In this document: piece after piece, positions 7,331 to 15,886 of the stretch | Position numbering within the stretch: position 1 is the first letter of the stretch | How the letters are laid out: every line of letters begins with the position of its first letter | Origin: Clostridia bacterium | Lineage (GTDB): Bacteria > Bacillota > Peptococcia > DRI-13 > SM3-B62 | Direction of reading: 5' to 3' | DNA: 64,000 nucleotides | Assembly: GCA_018432615.1 (NCBI GenBank) | Contig: JAHDSQ010000004.1 | Span: forward strand, 105,234-169,233 | Made by a program: the position numbers and the translations under genes | Notes under the pieces: model-generated | What the model was told of the DNA's origin: nothing | Databases searched by the model: none | The model's input: only the letters and a program-made list of their open reading frames with translations

Positions 7331-10066
7331 TTGAAATCTAAAAAATTATTTGCCGTCATGACATTAGTAATGTTCATGATGACTCTGCTTCCCATGGTGG
7401 CATTTGGTGCAGCAGGGGACTTGACTTGTACGGCTACTGCTAATGCCGTTGCGCCTGGTGGCATAGATAATATCGTAAATGCCACAAATACTGCTTGGAA
7501 CTTCGCAGTTGCCACAGATGCTGCTGATCCGGCAATTGCTGATGGTGGCATTTTTGAAATCACCTTACCGGCAGGTTTTGTTTCAACAGGTGCTACTGTA
7601 GCTGCCGGTGGTATTACCGGAAGCACAGGTACACCTTCTACTGCGGTTGCTGTAACAACACCAACTACAAGTAAAATTAAAATCGTAGCAACCACATTTA
7701 CTACTGCAAACGCTGCCGCAGACACATACAACATTGCTGTAACCGGCATAGGTGCTAATGGTTCTACAGTCGGTGCAAATACTGCAACTGTAAATGTTTA
7801 TGCCAATGCAGCTGCGTATACTGCTGGAACGGTTCAAGCTACCGGTACTGCTACAATGGCGCTCGTTGCGGCTGGCCCTGCTAACCGTTTCACATCAATT
7901 GTTGACCAGAATAGAACTACTCAAACAGCAGACGGATCTTCAGTCGTTAAGTTTACCGTCTATGCATTTGATCAGTTCAACAACGAAGTTGCCAATCCGA
8001 CAATTTCAGTTCTGTCCAGCCGTGATGTTGATAATGTTGTGGCTGACGGTACCACCGCAGATAACGCTGGTGCATATACGTTTGATGGTGCTGGTGGAGT
8101 GGTGAAATTCAAGGTTTCTTCGACAGCTGTTGGGACATCAAAGATATACATTGCTTACGGTACTGAGGCATCGTTAAATGGAGCCGGCGCATATATAGAT
8201 GATCCAACAGATGGCAATGCTGCTACTGCACAACTGATTGACGTAAAAAGCATTACTTTCACTGCTGCTGGCATCGGTACATCACAAGGTGTTGCGATTA
8301 GCGGACAGCCAACTGGTTTTAGTGCTGCCACAGACACTGGAACAGGTGTTGATGACACCAATGCATGGTATATGCCTGCTGTAAAAGCAAACGGCATTGA
8401 CACCTATGAAATCGCGTTTAGAGTTCAGACTGATAAAGGTGTTGCTATTGCTGACCAGAATGTTGAATTCACCGTTGAGGATACTGTTGTAAAGCTTAAC
8501 AAGACTACCGCCACCACAAATGCAGCGGGTATTGTTAAGGTAAAGGCTTCTGCTACAAAAGCCGGAACATATTATGTCAAAGCAACAGCTGGTAGCCAGA
8601 GCAAAGAGCAGTACATTAAGTTTGATTCTAGTGGCGTTTATTCTTTAGAGTTGATTACCGCTGATAATCAAAAGGTTGCTAAGGACAGCGACTTCAGCTT
8701 CAAGGTACAATTGTTTGATCAAAGCGGCAACCAAATCGCTGCAAAAGCCGCTGCAGATGCAAATGACATAAACGTACAGAACTCTGTTAAACTTAAGACC
8801 ATAACTAAGCCAACCGATGCAAATATCGATGATGACATCACAGCAAGTGCTAGTACAGCCTATACGGCAACAAAAACTGATGAGGGTTACCTGAATATCA
8901 AGATTGCCGCCAGCAAGATTAACAAAGAAGGCGACTACACTGTCAAGGCTTACCTTGACAACGGGAATTCAGTTGACATGCACTTTGATGTCAAGACCCA
9001 GGGAACTGTAACAAAACTGACTGTTTCCTATTCTGCAGACAGCGTTCCTATGAATACCAAGGTGGGCAAACCGACAGTTAAGCGTTTGGATGATGCCGGT
9101 TATGCTAAAACTATGGATTTAGCCCATCCCAACATTAAGTTCACTGTCAGTGATGTCAGAAGACTTGAGGGAACCATGGGTACAGATGGATCATTCACCA
9201 GTACTAAGGACAAGAATTATGCCGGTGAACTGGTTATCACCGCAATTGACACAGAGAAAAACCTCACTGCAACAGACACCATGACTGTTATGCTACAGAC
9301 CAATGGATTCACACTGACTCCAACTGGTACGGCGGAAGTCGACAAGGCAACCAATGTTGAAATGCAGTTTGTTGATGTCAACGGTGAACCTGTATCGATA
9401 GCTGACCTCTTAGGAAACGGCATCGATATCAGTTTCCAGGTTGCCTCAAAGCCCGCGGGAGCTATAGTTACTACCGGGAAAGCCAGTAGCTATGAGCCGG
9501 ATATCAAGAAAAAAGGTAAGACCAACCTGACCATCAAGAGTGACACAGCTGGCGAAGTTAAGGTTAACGTTATTGCCACTATCAACGCTGGTGGTCCTGC
9601 TCCTGCCGCTGTTTGCACATCAGGGGGCACATACGCTCAGTCTATAACTCTTGATGTCGGTGGAGCTAAGGTCGTTGCCGGAGCTAAGTCCGTTACTATG
9701 TTCATTGGCGCAACAGGCTTCGTACAAGATGGCGCTGCCAAACTTACCGACTTAGCACCTTTTATCCAGGATAGCCGTACTTTCGTAGCAGTTCGTCCGA
9801 TTGCTGATGCTTTCGGTTGCGAAATCGGTTGGGATGAAGCTACCCAGACTGTAACACTTACCCGCGAAGACATGACTCTGACCATCGTAATTGGCTCCAA
9901 TGTCATTACAAAGGTTGCTGACGGCGTAACAACTACGTCCGAAGCTGATGTTGCCGCTTTCATCAAGGATGGCCGTACTGTACTGCCGTTCCGTGCTGTA
10001 GGCGAAGCATTCGGAGCTACTGTTGAATACGATGCAGCTACTCAGGCTGTAAGTTTCACTCAGTAA
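7331..10066 (+). CDS. S-layer-like surface protein: signal peptide, Ala/Thr/Gly/Val-rich Ig-like repeats, C-terminal CuAO-N-like tandem domain; no SLH domain seen
   Basis: TTG start 8 nt after aaggaggg. Signal peptide KKLFAVMTLVMFMMTLLPMVAFGAAG. Low-charge ATGV-rich composition typical of S-layer proteins. C-terminus LAPFIQDSRTFVAVRPIADAFGCEIGWD and AAFIKDGRTVLPFRAVGEAFGATVEYD. Long leader and a strong terminator. Confidence 0.7.
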   Translation: MKSKKLFAVMTLVMFMMTLLPMVAFGAAGDLTCTATANAVAPGGIDNIVNATNTAWNFAVATDAADPAIADGGIFEITLPAGFVSTGATVAAGGITGSTGTPSTAVAVTTPTTSKIKIVATTFTTANAAADTYNIAVTGIGANGSTVGANTATVNVYANAAAYTAGTVQATGTATMALVAAGPANRFTSIVDQNRTTQTADGSSVVKFTVYAFDQFNNEVANPTISVLSSRDVDNVVADGTTADNAGAYTFDGAGGVVKFKVSSTAVGTSKIYIAYGTEASLNGAGAYIDDPTDGNAATAQLIDVKSITFTAAGIGTSQGVAISGQPTGFSAATDTGTGVDDTNAWYMPAVKANGIDTYEIAFRVQTDKGVAIADQNVEFTVEDTVVKLNKTTATTNAAGIVKVKASATKAGTYYVKATAGSQSKEQYIKFDSSGVYSLELITADNQKVAKDSDFSFKVQLFDQSGNQIAAKAAADANDINVQNSVKLKTITKPTDANIDDDITASASTAYTATKTDEGYLNIKIAASKINKEGDYTVKAYLDNGNSVDMHFDVKTQGTVTKLTVSYSADSVPMNTKVGKPTVKRLDDAGYAKTMDLAHPNIKFTVSDVRRLEGTMGTDGSFTSTKDKNYAGELVITAIDTEKNLTATDTMTVMLQTNGFTLTPTGTAEVDKATNVEMQFVDVNGEPVSIADLLGNGIDISFQVASKPAGAIVTTGKASSYEPDIKKKGKTNLTIKSDTAGEVKVNVIATINAGGPAPAAVCTSGGTYAQSITLDVGGAKVVAGAKSVTMFIGATGFVQDGAAKLTDLAPFIQDSRTFVAVRPIADAFGCEIGWDEATQTVTLTREDMTLTIVIGSNVITKVADGVTTTSEADVAAFIKDGRTVLPFRAVGEAFGATVEYDAATQAVSFTQ

Positions 10067-10081
10067 TCTAAACGGATCTGA

Positions 10082-10114
10082 TTAGGAGAGGCCAAGGCCT
10101 CTCCTAATTTTTTT
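10082..10114 (+). terminator. Strong intrinsic terminator of the S-layer gene
   Basis: ttaggagaggcc-aa-ggcctctcctaa followed by T7. Confidence 0.75.
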
Positions 10115-10188
10115 ATATTGACATCTTTCCCTCTCACCTGTAAAATATACACAGACTCTGACCGGTGGGTCGGCGGGAGGTAATACAT

Positions 10189-11301
10189 ATGAAAAAACGA
10201 ACCAAATTGGTTATTGCAGCAATCCTGATGATTGCTTTTGTTATCTCAGCTATACCTGTAAGTGCGAATGATTTGGCATATACCATGACTTTAGGCGAAG
10301 CAAAAGAATTAGCCTTAAAAAACAGCCCTAAGATAAAGCAACAGTTAGCGGGCAATGAGATGGCAGATGTAAACCGAAGGGATGCCTGGATAAACTACGA
10401 GAAGGCAAGGGCTAATTATCAGAACACGGGGGGGATGGTTGAGGCATACAAGGAAGCTATGGATGGTGCCAGACAAGCCTACGATGCGGCGATTAATGCG
10501 GTTGATGATAGCAAGGTGATTCTGGAAAATCTGAAGAAACAGGTAGAATATGAGACAGAAAGCATGTATTTGAACCTGCTTTTAATGGATAGCAACATTA
10601 ACATGATGAAGATAAATTATGACCTGCAGGCCAAGATGAATGAGGTGGAAAACCTGAAGTTGAACCTGGGAATGAGTACGCAGTTTCAGGTTGATGAACA
10701 AAGAAGAAAAGCCATGGAGATGTCCAAACAGCTTCAGGAGCTATATAACACAAAGGAGAACCTGAGGTGGCAGTTTAACAGAAGCCTTGGCAAGGAATCT
10801 ACTTATCAAATCGAGCTTTCTCCCGTTGCCTTCCAGCCTATTGAACATGGTACGATGTCAGAAGGGCAGGATGCTGCGAAAGCAGCCGCTTTGGCAATAG
10901 AACAGTTCAATCGGACAATCGAGGATAAAAGACATGATATTGAAGAAAAGAAAGTTAATGCCTCAGACAAGGTTGAAAAGTTAGAACTGGAGATAAAGCA
11001 ATATAAATTAAACTTGGATGATACGGAATACGGAATAGACCTAATGATGAAAAATCTTCATGAGAAGGCATACCTGGCACAAAAGAGTGTCGTCGATAAT
11101 CGGGCGACCTTTGATATGGCGAAGAAAGAATTTGTCTCACAAGAGCTACAGTACGATATAGGGATGATTTCTAGAATGGTATTCGATGCAGCCAGGGCGG
11201 GATATGAGAAGAAACAGGCGGATTATCAGAAGGCGGTCTACGAATATTATCTGGTTGCCCATGAAATCAAACTGGCGGAAGAGGGGATTTTCCTCGATTG
11301 A
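10189..11301 (+). CDS. TolC/outer-membrane-efflux-protein (OEP)-like coiled-coil protein with signal peptide
   Basis: MKKRTKLVIAAILMIAFVISAIPVSA signal. MTLGEAKELALKNSPKIKQ matches the OEP N-terminal motif. The rest is long heptad-like helical sequence. Confidence 0.6.
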   Translation: MKKRTKLVIAAILMIAFVISAIPVSANDLAYTMTLGEAKELALKNSPKIKQQLAGNEMADVNRRDAWINYEKARANYQNTGGMVEAYKEAMDGARQAYDAAINAVDDSKVILENLKKQVEYETESMYLNLLLMDSNINMMKINYDLQAKMNEVENLKLNLGMSTQFQVDEQRRKAMEMSKQLQELYNTKENLRWQFNRSLGKESTYQIELSPVAFQPIEHGTMSEGQDAAKAAALAIEQFNRTIEDKRHDIEEKKVNASDKVEKLELEIKQYKLNLDDTEYGIDLMMKNLHEKAYLAQKSVVDNRATFDMAKKEFVSQELQYDIGMISRMVFDAARAGYEKKQADYQKAVYEYYLVAHEIKLAEEGIFLD

Positions 11302-11357
11302 GTTTCGCCCGGGTGAGATGGTAATAAAACAGGAAAAAGAATTGAGAAGAAATAAAT

Positions 11358-11383
11358 GAAGCCGGGCGGAATTCCGCCCGGCT
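11358..11383. terminator. Bidirectional terminator between convergent genes
   Basis: agccgggcgg-aatt-ccgcccggct perfect 10-bp stem. Confidence 0.6.
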
Positions 11384-11425
11384 AAAATACATTCCTCCAT
11401 ATTTGCTTTCTTTCTTTACTGCCTG

Positions 11426-11917
11426 CTATTCATTTTGTATAACCGTTATCTGTGCAGATCTACTGCTGATGCGCCAGATTTCGTTTTCTTTTTCTAAGGT
11501 GATTGTTTCAAAGGACCTTACCAATCCTACAAAGCGTTCATCGGTGCTGACGCTATTCTCCTCGGTCACGGCTTCGACAACAGCGGTATCACCCTCTATT
11601 TCCACTTTGTTGATGTTTGTGGAGAGTAATTCCCGGGAAATCTCATTCTCCTTGATGGATTTTTCCAGATTGGGGAGTTTCTTTTCATCATTTAAAAGGT
11701 CTTCTTTTCCTTCCTCGGTCCAGAATTCCAAACCGTCTTCCTTATTGTAGGTATCCCATTCATAGTTCTTGATGCTTTTGAAATACTCTGTAACTACTTC
11801 CTTAATAGCCTCTTCATCCGTCTTTGAACCTGTGACTTCTCCAATTTCTGCTTTTCCGCATCCAAAGAGCGAAAAGGAGATTAAAAGTAGTAATGTGACT
11901 GCTAAAAATTTCTTCAT
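11426..11917 (-). CDS. Lipoprotein of unknown function
   Basis: MKKFLAVTLLLLISFSLFGC has a lipobox (LFGC). The mature part is acidic; no family recognised. Confidence 0.6.
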   Translation of the reverse strand: MKKFLAVTLLLLISFSLFGCGKAEIGEVTGSKTDEEAIKEVVTEYFKSIKNYEWDTYNKEDGLEFWTEEGKEDLLNDEKKLPNLEKSIKENEISRELLSTNINKVEIEGDTAVVEAVTEENSVSTDERFVGLVRSFETITLEKENEIWRISSRSAQITVIQNE

Positions 11918-12041
11918 CCTGACATACCTCCGGTTAAAACAGTGATTTAAACACTACTATTCTCACATAATACGGGATAAATTGCAATGGGTATGTAAGG
12001 GCATTTCTGGTATACTAGGGGGGTAAAGTGTTGATTGTGAG

Positions 12042-13967
12042 GTGAGGTCCTTCTTGAAAAAAGGGAAAACCGTGAGAACCGCGCTGCTGCGGCTTATTGT
12101 GGTGCTGCAGGCGCTATTATTGATGTTAGTTCCTCTGACCGGATGCCAGGGGGAAACGAAAACTATGCAGCCCAGGGAGGCGGAACAAAGTTCATACGAT
12201 GTCATCGTTTTCGGCGGTGAGCCGGAAGGTATCGCGGCAGCAGTATCTGCTGCCCGCAACGGCCTTGAGACGCTGTTGTTGGAGGATGACGAGGCATTAG
12301 GTGGCTTGATGACCTTGGGGGAGCTGAATTTCCTGGATATGAACTACGGGCCTGATAAGGAGCTTCTGACCCAGGGGATATTCCGGGAGTTCTTTGAGGA
12401 AATGGACAACGCCTTTGATATAGAAGAAGCCAAGGAATACTTCCTTTGCCTGGTGGGGAAGGAGGAGAAACTTTCCTTAAAGCTGGGAGCAGAGGTTGTC
12501 GAACCTTTGCCGGAAGGAAACACTCTTACCGGGGTAAGGGTGAAGGATAAAGAAACCGGAGAGATAGAAGAATTCTACGCACGACGCATTATCGATGCCA
12601 CGGCTGATGCGGATTTGGCCGCGGCGGCAGGAGTGCCATACACCGTAGGAGCAGAAGATTACGGACAACCCGGAAAGATCATGGCGGTGACGCTGGTTTT
12701 CCGGGTCAAGGGGGTCAGCTGGCCTCAAGTCTACATACATAATAATTTCAGCCGGGTGGCGAGCAAGCTCAAAGCAGGCTGGGGAGACCCGAATGCGGGA
12801 GCGACCCGGAAGGTGGCCTGGGGTTACGGGGAGCAGGCTTTGCGTTATGAGCCAAGGGATGAGATGTTGAGCTTTCGCGGGCCTAACCTAGCCCGGCAGA
12901 AGGATGGGAGTGTCCTGATCAATGCCCTTTTGCTTTTCGGGGTAGACGGTCTAGATCCGGACTCCAAGGAAGAAGGAATCAAGAGGGGGAAAGAAGAAAT
13001 CCCACATATTATCGAGTTCATGCGGGAGGAATTTCCCGGCTTTGCCCAGGCGGAGCTGGTGAGTACGGCAGAGCAACTGTATGTCCGGGAGACACGGCAT
13101 ATCCAAGGGGAATACCGGCTGACAATTACCGATGTCCTGGAAAACAGGGATCACTGGGACAGGATCGCTCATGGCAGTTATCCGGTAGATGTGCAGCAAA
13201 CCGGCCCCGGAGACTTGGGGAACGTCATCGGCAAGCCAGCCATATATAGCATACCTTTCCGCTGCTTAGTGCCTTTAAAGGTGGACAACCTCCTGGTGGT
13301 CGGGAGGAGTGCTTCCTATGATTCCCTGCCTCACGGCAGTGCCAGGGTCATCCCGGTGGGGATGGCCACCGGGGAAGCGGCAGGAGTTGCCTGTGCCTAT
13401 GGGATAGAAAACGAGATGACCTTCCGTGAGATGACTTCCTCTCGGGAAGCGGTGGGCTGGATTCAGGAGAGGCTCAAGGAAGAGGGGGCCTATCTGGTAG
13501 AGTATGAACCGCCCCGGCCTGAGGTGATGGAACACTGGGCCTATCCCGGAGTGAAGGTGATGCGGGAGCTGGGCTTAGCCGCAGGGGGGTACAGTAACGA
13601 TTACCGCCTGGAGGCCCCGGTATTTTGTTGGGATGCCGATTACCACTTGCAGCAGGTTATCGAGCGGCTGGGGAACTTGAAAGCCGGGGGATCGGAAGGC
13701 GCCGAGGGGTCAGGAGACATAAAGGAAACCGGAATAACTTTGCGTAATGTAAAGTTTCCTGAGAACTTGACAAGAGGTATGTTCCTGGCAGGGCTGGCCC
13801 AGGCCTTGGGGGAAGAAGCGGAGACTCCCCAGGAAGCCCTGGAGTTCTTGCGGGAACGTGGGATCAACCCGGGGATACCGGAGGAACTGCTGGAAGATAC
13901 AGACGGAGCTGCAACCTTCGGGGAGCTCTATGTTCTTTTAAGCAATATTATTGAGCAGATACGCTGA
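12042..13967 (+). CDS. Exported (lipobox LTGC) FAD-dependent-oxidoreductase-fold protein with an SLH-like C-terminal segment
   Basis: Dinucleotide-binding motif YDVIVFGGEPEGIAAAVSAARNG right after the signal. C-terminal HWAYPGVKVMRELGLAAGGYSNDY and LTRGMFLAGLAQAL resemble SLH motifs. Confidence 0.7.
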   Translation: MRSFLKKGKTVRTALLRLIVVLQALLLMLVPLTGCQGETKTMQPREAEQSSYDVIVFGGEPEGIAAAVSAARNGLETLLLEDDEALGGLMTLGELNFLDMNYGPDKELLTQGIFREFFEEMDNAFDIEEAKEYFLCLVGKEEKLSLKLGAEVVEPLPEGNTLTGVRVKDKETGEIEEFYARRIIDATADADLAAAAGVPYTVGAEDYGQPGKIMAVTLVFRVKGVSWPQVYIHNNFSRVASKLKAGWGDPNAGATRKVAWGYGEQALRYEPRDEMLSFRGPNLARQKDGSVLINALLLFGVDGLDPDSKEEGIKRGKEEIPHIIEFMREEFPGFAQAELVSTAEQLYVRETRHIQGEYRLTITDVLENRDHWDRIAHGSYPVDVQQTGPGDLGNVIGKPAIYSIPFRCLVPLKVDNLLVVGRSASYDSLPHGSARVIPVGMATGEAAGVACAYGIENEMTFREMTSSREAVGWIQERLKEEGAYLVEYEPPRPEVMEHWAYPGVKVMRELGLAAGGYSNDYRLEAPVFCWDADYHLQQVIERLGNLKAGGSEGAEGSGDIKETGITLRNVKFPENLTRGMFLAGLAQALGEEAETPQEALEFLRERGINPGIPEELLEDTDGAATFGELYVLLSNIIEQIR

Positions 13968-14023
13968 GCTTGAGGCTGAAGTTGGCGAATATTTGGAGGA
14001 AAAGAAGGAGGGAAACCCCTTTG

Positions 14024-15862
14024 ATGAAAAGAAAGAGGACCGGGATTCTTGGGATATCGGCAATAATATTGCTGGTAGCCGTTTCCTGCGGGATATATTA
14101 CCTATTTGCAAAGAATAAGCCGGCTCCCGGGCCGATGATTGACGGGAAGCCGGGGTATGATGTAATCGTGGTAGGAGGAGAGCCGGAAGGTGTGGCGGCT
14201 GCCCTATCTGCCGCCAGGAATGGGATGAAGACCCTGCTGGTGGAGGATGATGAGGCCCTAGGGGGCTTGATGACCCTGGGAAGGTTAAATTTCCTGGATA
14301 TGAATCACGGACCGCAGGGAGAGCTTCTGACCAGGGGTATTTTTCAGGAAATTTATGATGTTCTCGGCAACGCCTTTGATGTTACACAGGCCAAGGAGCT
14401 GTTCCGGGAAAAGGTGGAGAAGGAAAAGAATATTACGCTGTTGTTGAATACTTCACTGGTGGAGCCGCTGATGGACGGGAAAGAGATTGTTGGTGTCAAG
14501 GTCGAAGAAGAGGGGGTAGAAAAGGAGTATCTCAGTCTTTGTACGATTGATGCCACGGTTGATGCCGATGTGGCGGCAGCGGCGGGAGTGCCTTACACCG
14601 TAGGGGGCGAGGATTACGGAGAAGAAGGTCTTTTGATGGGTGTGACTTTGGTCTTTGAGGTCAAGGGAGTGGACTGGGACAGGGTCATCCAATACTTAAA
14701 GCGTGAGGATGACGATCCTCATTCCGGTGCCGACCAGGTGGCGGCCTGGGGCTATGGAAAAGAAGCTATGGGGTATGTGCCTCATGATGAGCAGATGAGG
14801 TTCAGGGGGCCGAATTTGGCCCGTCAGGATGACGGGAACGTCTTGATCAATGCCCTGTTGATTTTCGGGGTGGATAGCCTGGATGAGGAATCGAGACAGC
14901 TGGGGATCGAACGGGGGAAAAAGGAAATCCCATATATTATTGAGTTCATGCGGGAGAAATTCCCCGGTTTTGCGGAGGTTGAGTTTGTCGATACGGCAGA
15001 AGAGCTGTATGTCAGGGAGACGAGGCATATCCAGGGGGAGTACCGCCTGAGTATCACCGATGTTCTGGAGAACCGAGATCAGTGGGATCGGATCGGACAC
15101 GGCAGTTATCCGGTGGATGTCCAGCCCACGGGGCCGGAGAATTTCGGAAATGTCATCGGGAAGCCCGCTATTTATAGTATTCCTTTCCGCTGTTTGGTGC
15201 CCTTGGAGATAGACGGGCTTTTGGTGGTAGGAAGGAGTGCCTCCTATGACTCCTTGCCCCATGGAAGCGCCCGGGTTATTCCCGTGGGGATGACCACCGG
15301 CGAAGCGGCGGGAGTGGCCTGTGCCTATGCTGTGGAAAATGAAGTGACCTTCCGGCAGATGACGGCTGAGCCGGATGCGATACAATGGGTGCAGGAAGGC
15401 TTGAAGAAGCAGGGGGCCTATCTGGTAGAGTACGAGCCGCCCCGGCCTGAGGTGATGGAGCATTGGGCCTACCCCGGCGTGAAGGTGATGCGGGAGTTGG
15501 GTCTGATTGAAGGAGGATATGTCAACGATTACGGCCTGGAAAGAAGGGCCAATAAATGGAACATCGAAAACAAGTTGAACAAGGTTTTGCGTCTGGCTCA
15601 TGAGAGGAATGAAGGGGTAGAGTTAAGAAGGTTAGAAGTGCCTCTTGAGGTCACCAGAAGGGTTTTCCTGGAGGTGGTAGCCGAGGGCTTGACCGGCAAG
15701 AAGATGGATTACGCCGAGGCGTTAGATTTGCTAAAGGAAGCGGGAATCGTTACTCCTTTTCTGGAAAAGCGCTTTGCGTATGGGGACGAGGCTCCTGATT
15801 TCGGTGAGATGCTGACGGTACTGGCGAATTTGTATAATCATTTGATGGACGGCAAGGTATAA
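14024..15862 (+). CDS. Paralog of the preceding exported FAD-fold protein
   Basis: It shares long identical blocks with 12042-13967 (FRGPNLARQ, YVRETRHIQGEYRL, GKPAIYSIPFRCLVPL, LLVVGRSASYDSLPHGSARVIPVGM, YLVEYEPPRPEVMEHWAYPGVKVMRELGL). It has an N-terminal TM/signal ILGISAIILLVAVSCG. ATG 14024 follows aaggaggg; the track ORF starts at 13970. Confidence 0.7.
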   Translation: MKRKRTGILGISAIILLVAVSCGIYYLFAKNKPAPGPMIDGKPGYDVIVVGGEPEGVAAALSAARNGMKTLLVEDDEALGGLMTLGRLNFLDMNHGPQGELLTRGIFQEIYDVLGNAFDVTQAKELFREKVEKEKNITLLLNTSLVEPLMDGKEIVGVKVEEEGVEKEYLSLCTIDATVDADVAAAAGVPYTVGGEDYGEEGLLMGVTLVFEVKGVDWDRVIQYLKREDDDPHSGADQVAAWGYGKEAMGYVPHDEQMRFRGPNLARQDDGNVLINALLIFGVDSLDEESRQLGIERGKKEIPYIIEFMREKFPGFAEVEFVDTAEELYVRETRHIQGEYRLSITDVLENRDQWDRIGHGSYPVDVQPTGPENFGNVIGKPAIYSIPFRCLVPLEIDGLLVVGRSASYDSLPHGSARVIPVGMTTGEAAGVACAYAVENEVTFRQMTAEPDAIQWVQEGLKKQGAYLVEYEPPRPEVMEHWAYPGVKVMRELGLIEGGYVNDYGLERRANKWNIENKLNKVLRLAHERNEGVELRRLEVPLEVTRRVFLEVVAEGLTGKKMDYAEALDLLKEAGIVTPFLEKRFAYGDEAPDFGEMLTVLANLYNHLMDGKV

Positions 15863-15886
15863 CGGTGTAAGCGGGAGGAAGGAAAG

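Noticed and set aside
14696-15601. 301-aa ORF on the minus strand inside the second FAD-fold gene. Similar long antisense ORFs occur at 16927-17592, 7306-7749, 19113-19583, 20744-21268, 41296-41790, 42082-42561 and 49782-50273.
   Set aside because: They lie entirely antisense to, or out of frame with, genes that have strong family signatures. They have low-complexity, Arg/Pro/His-rich translations and no RBS. These are typical shadow ORFs in GC-balanced coding DNA.
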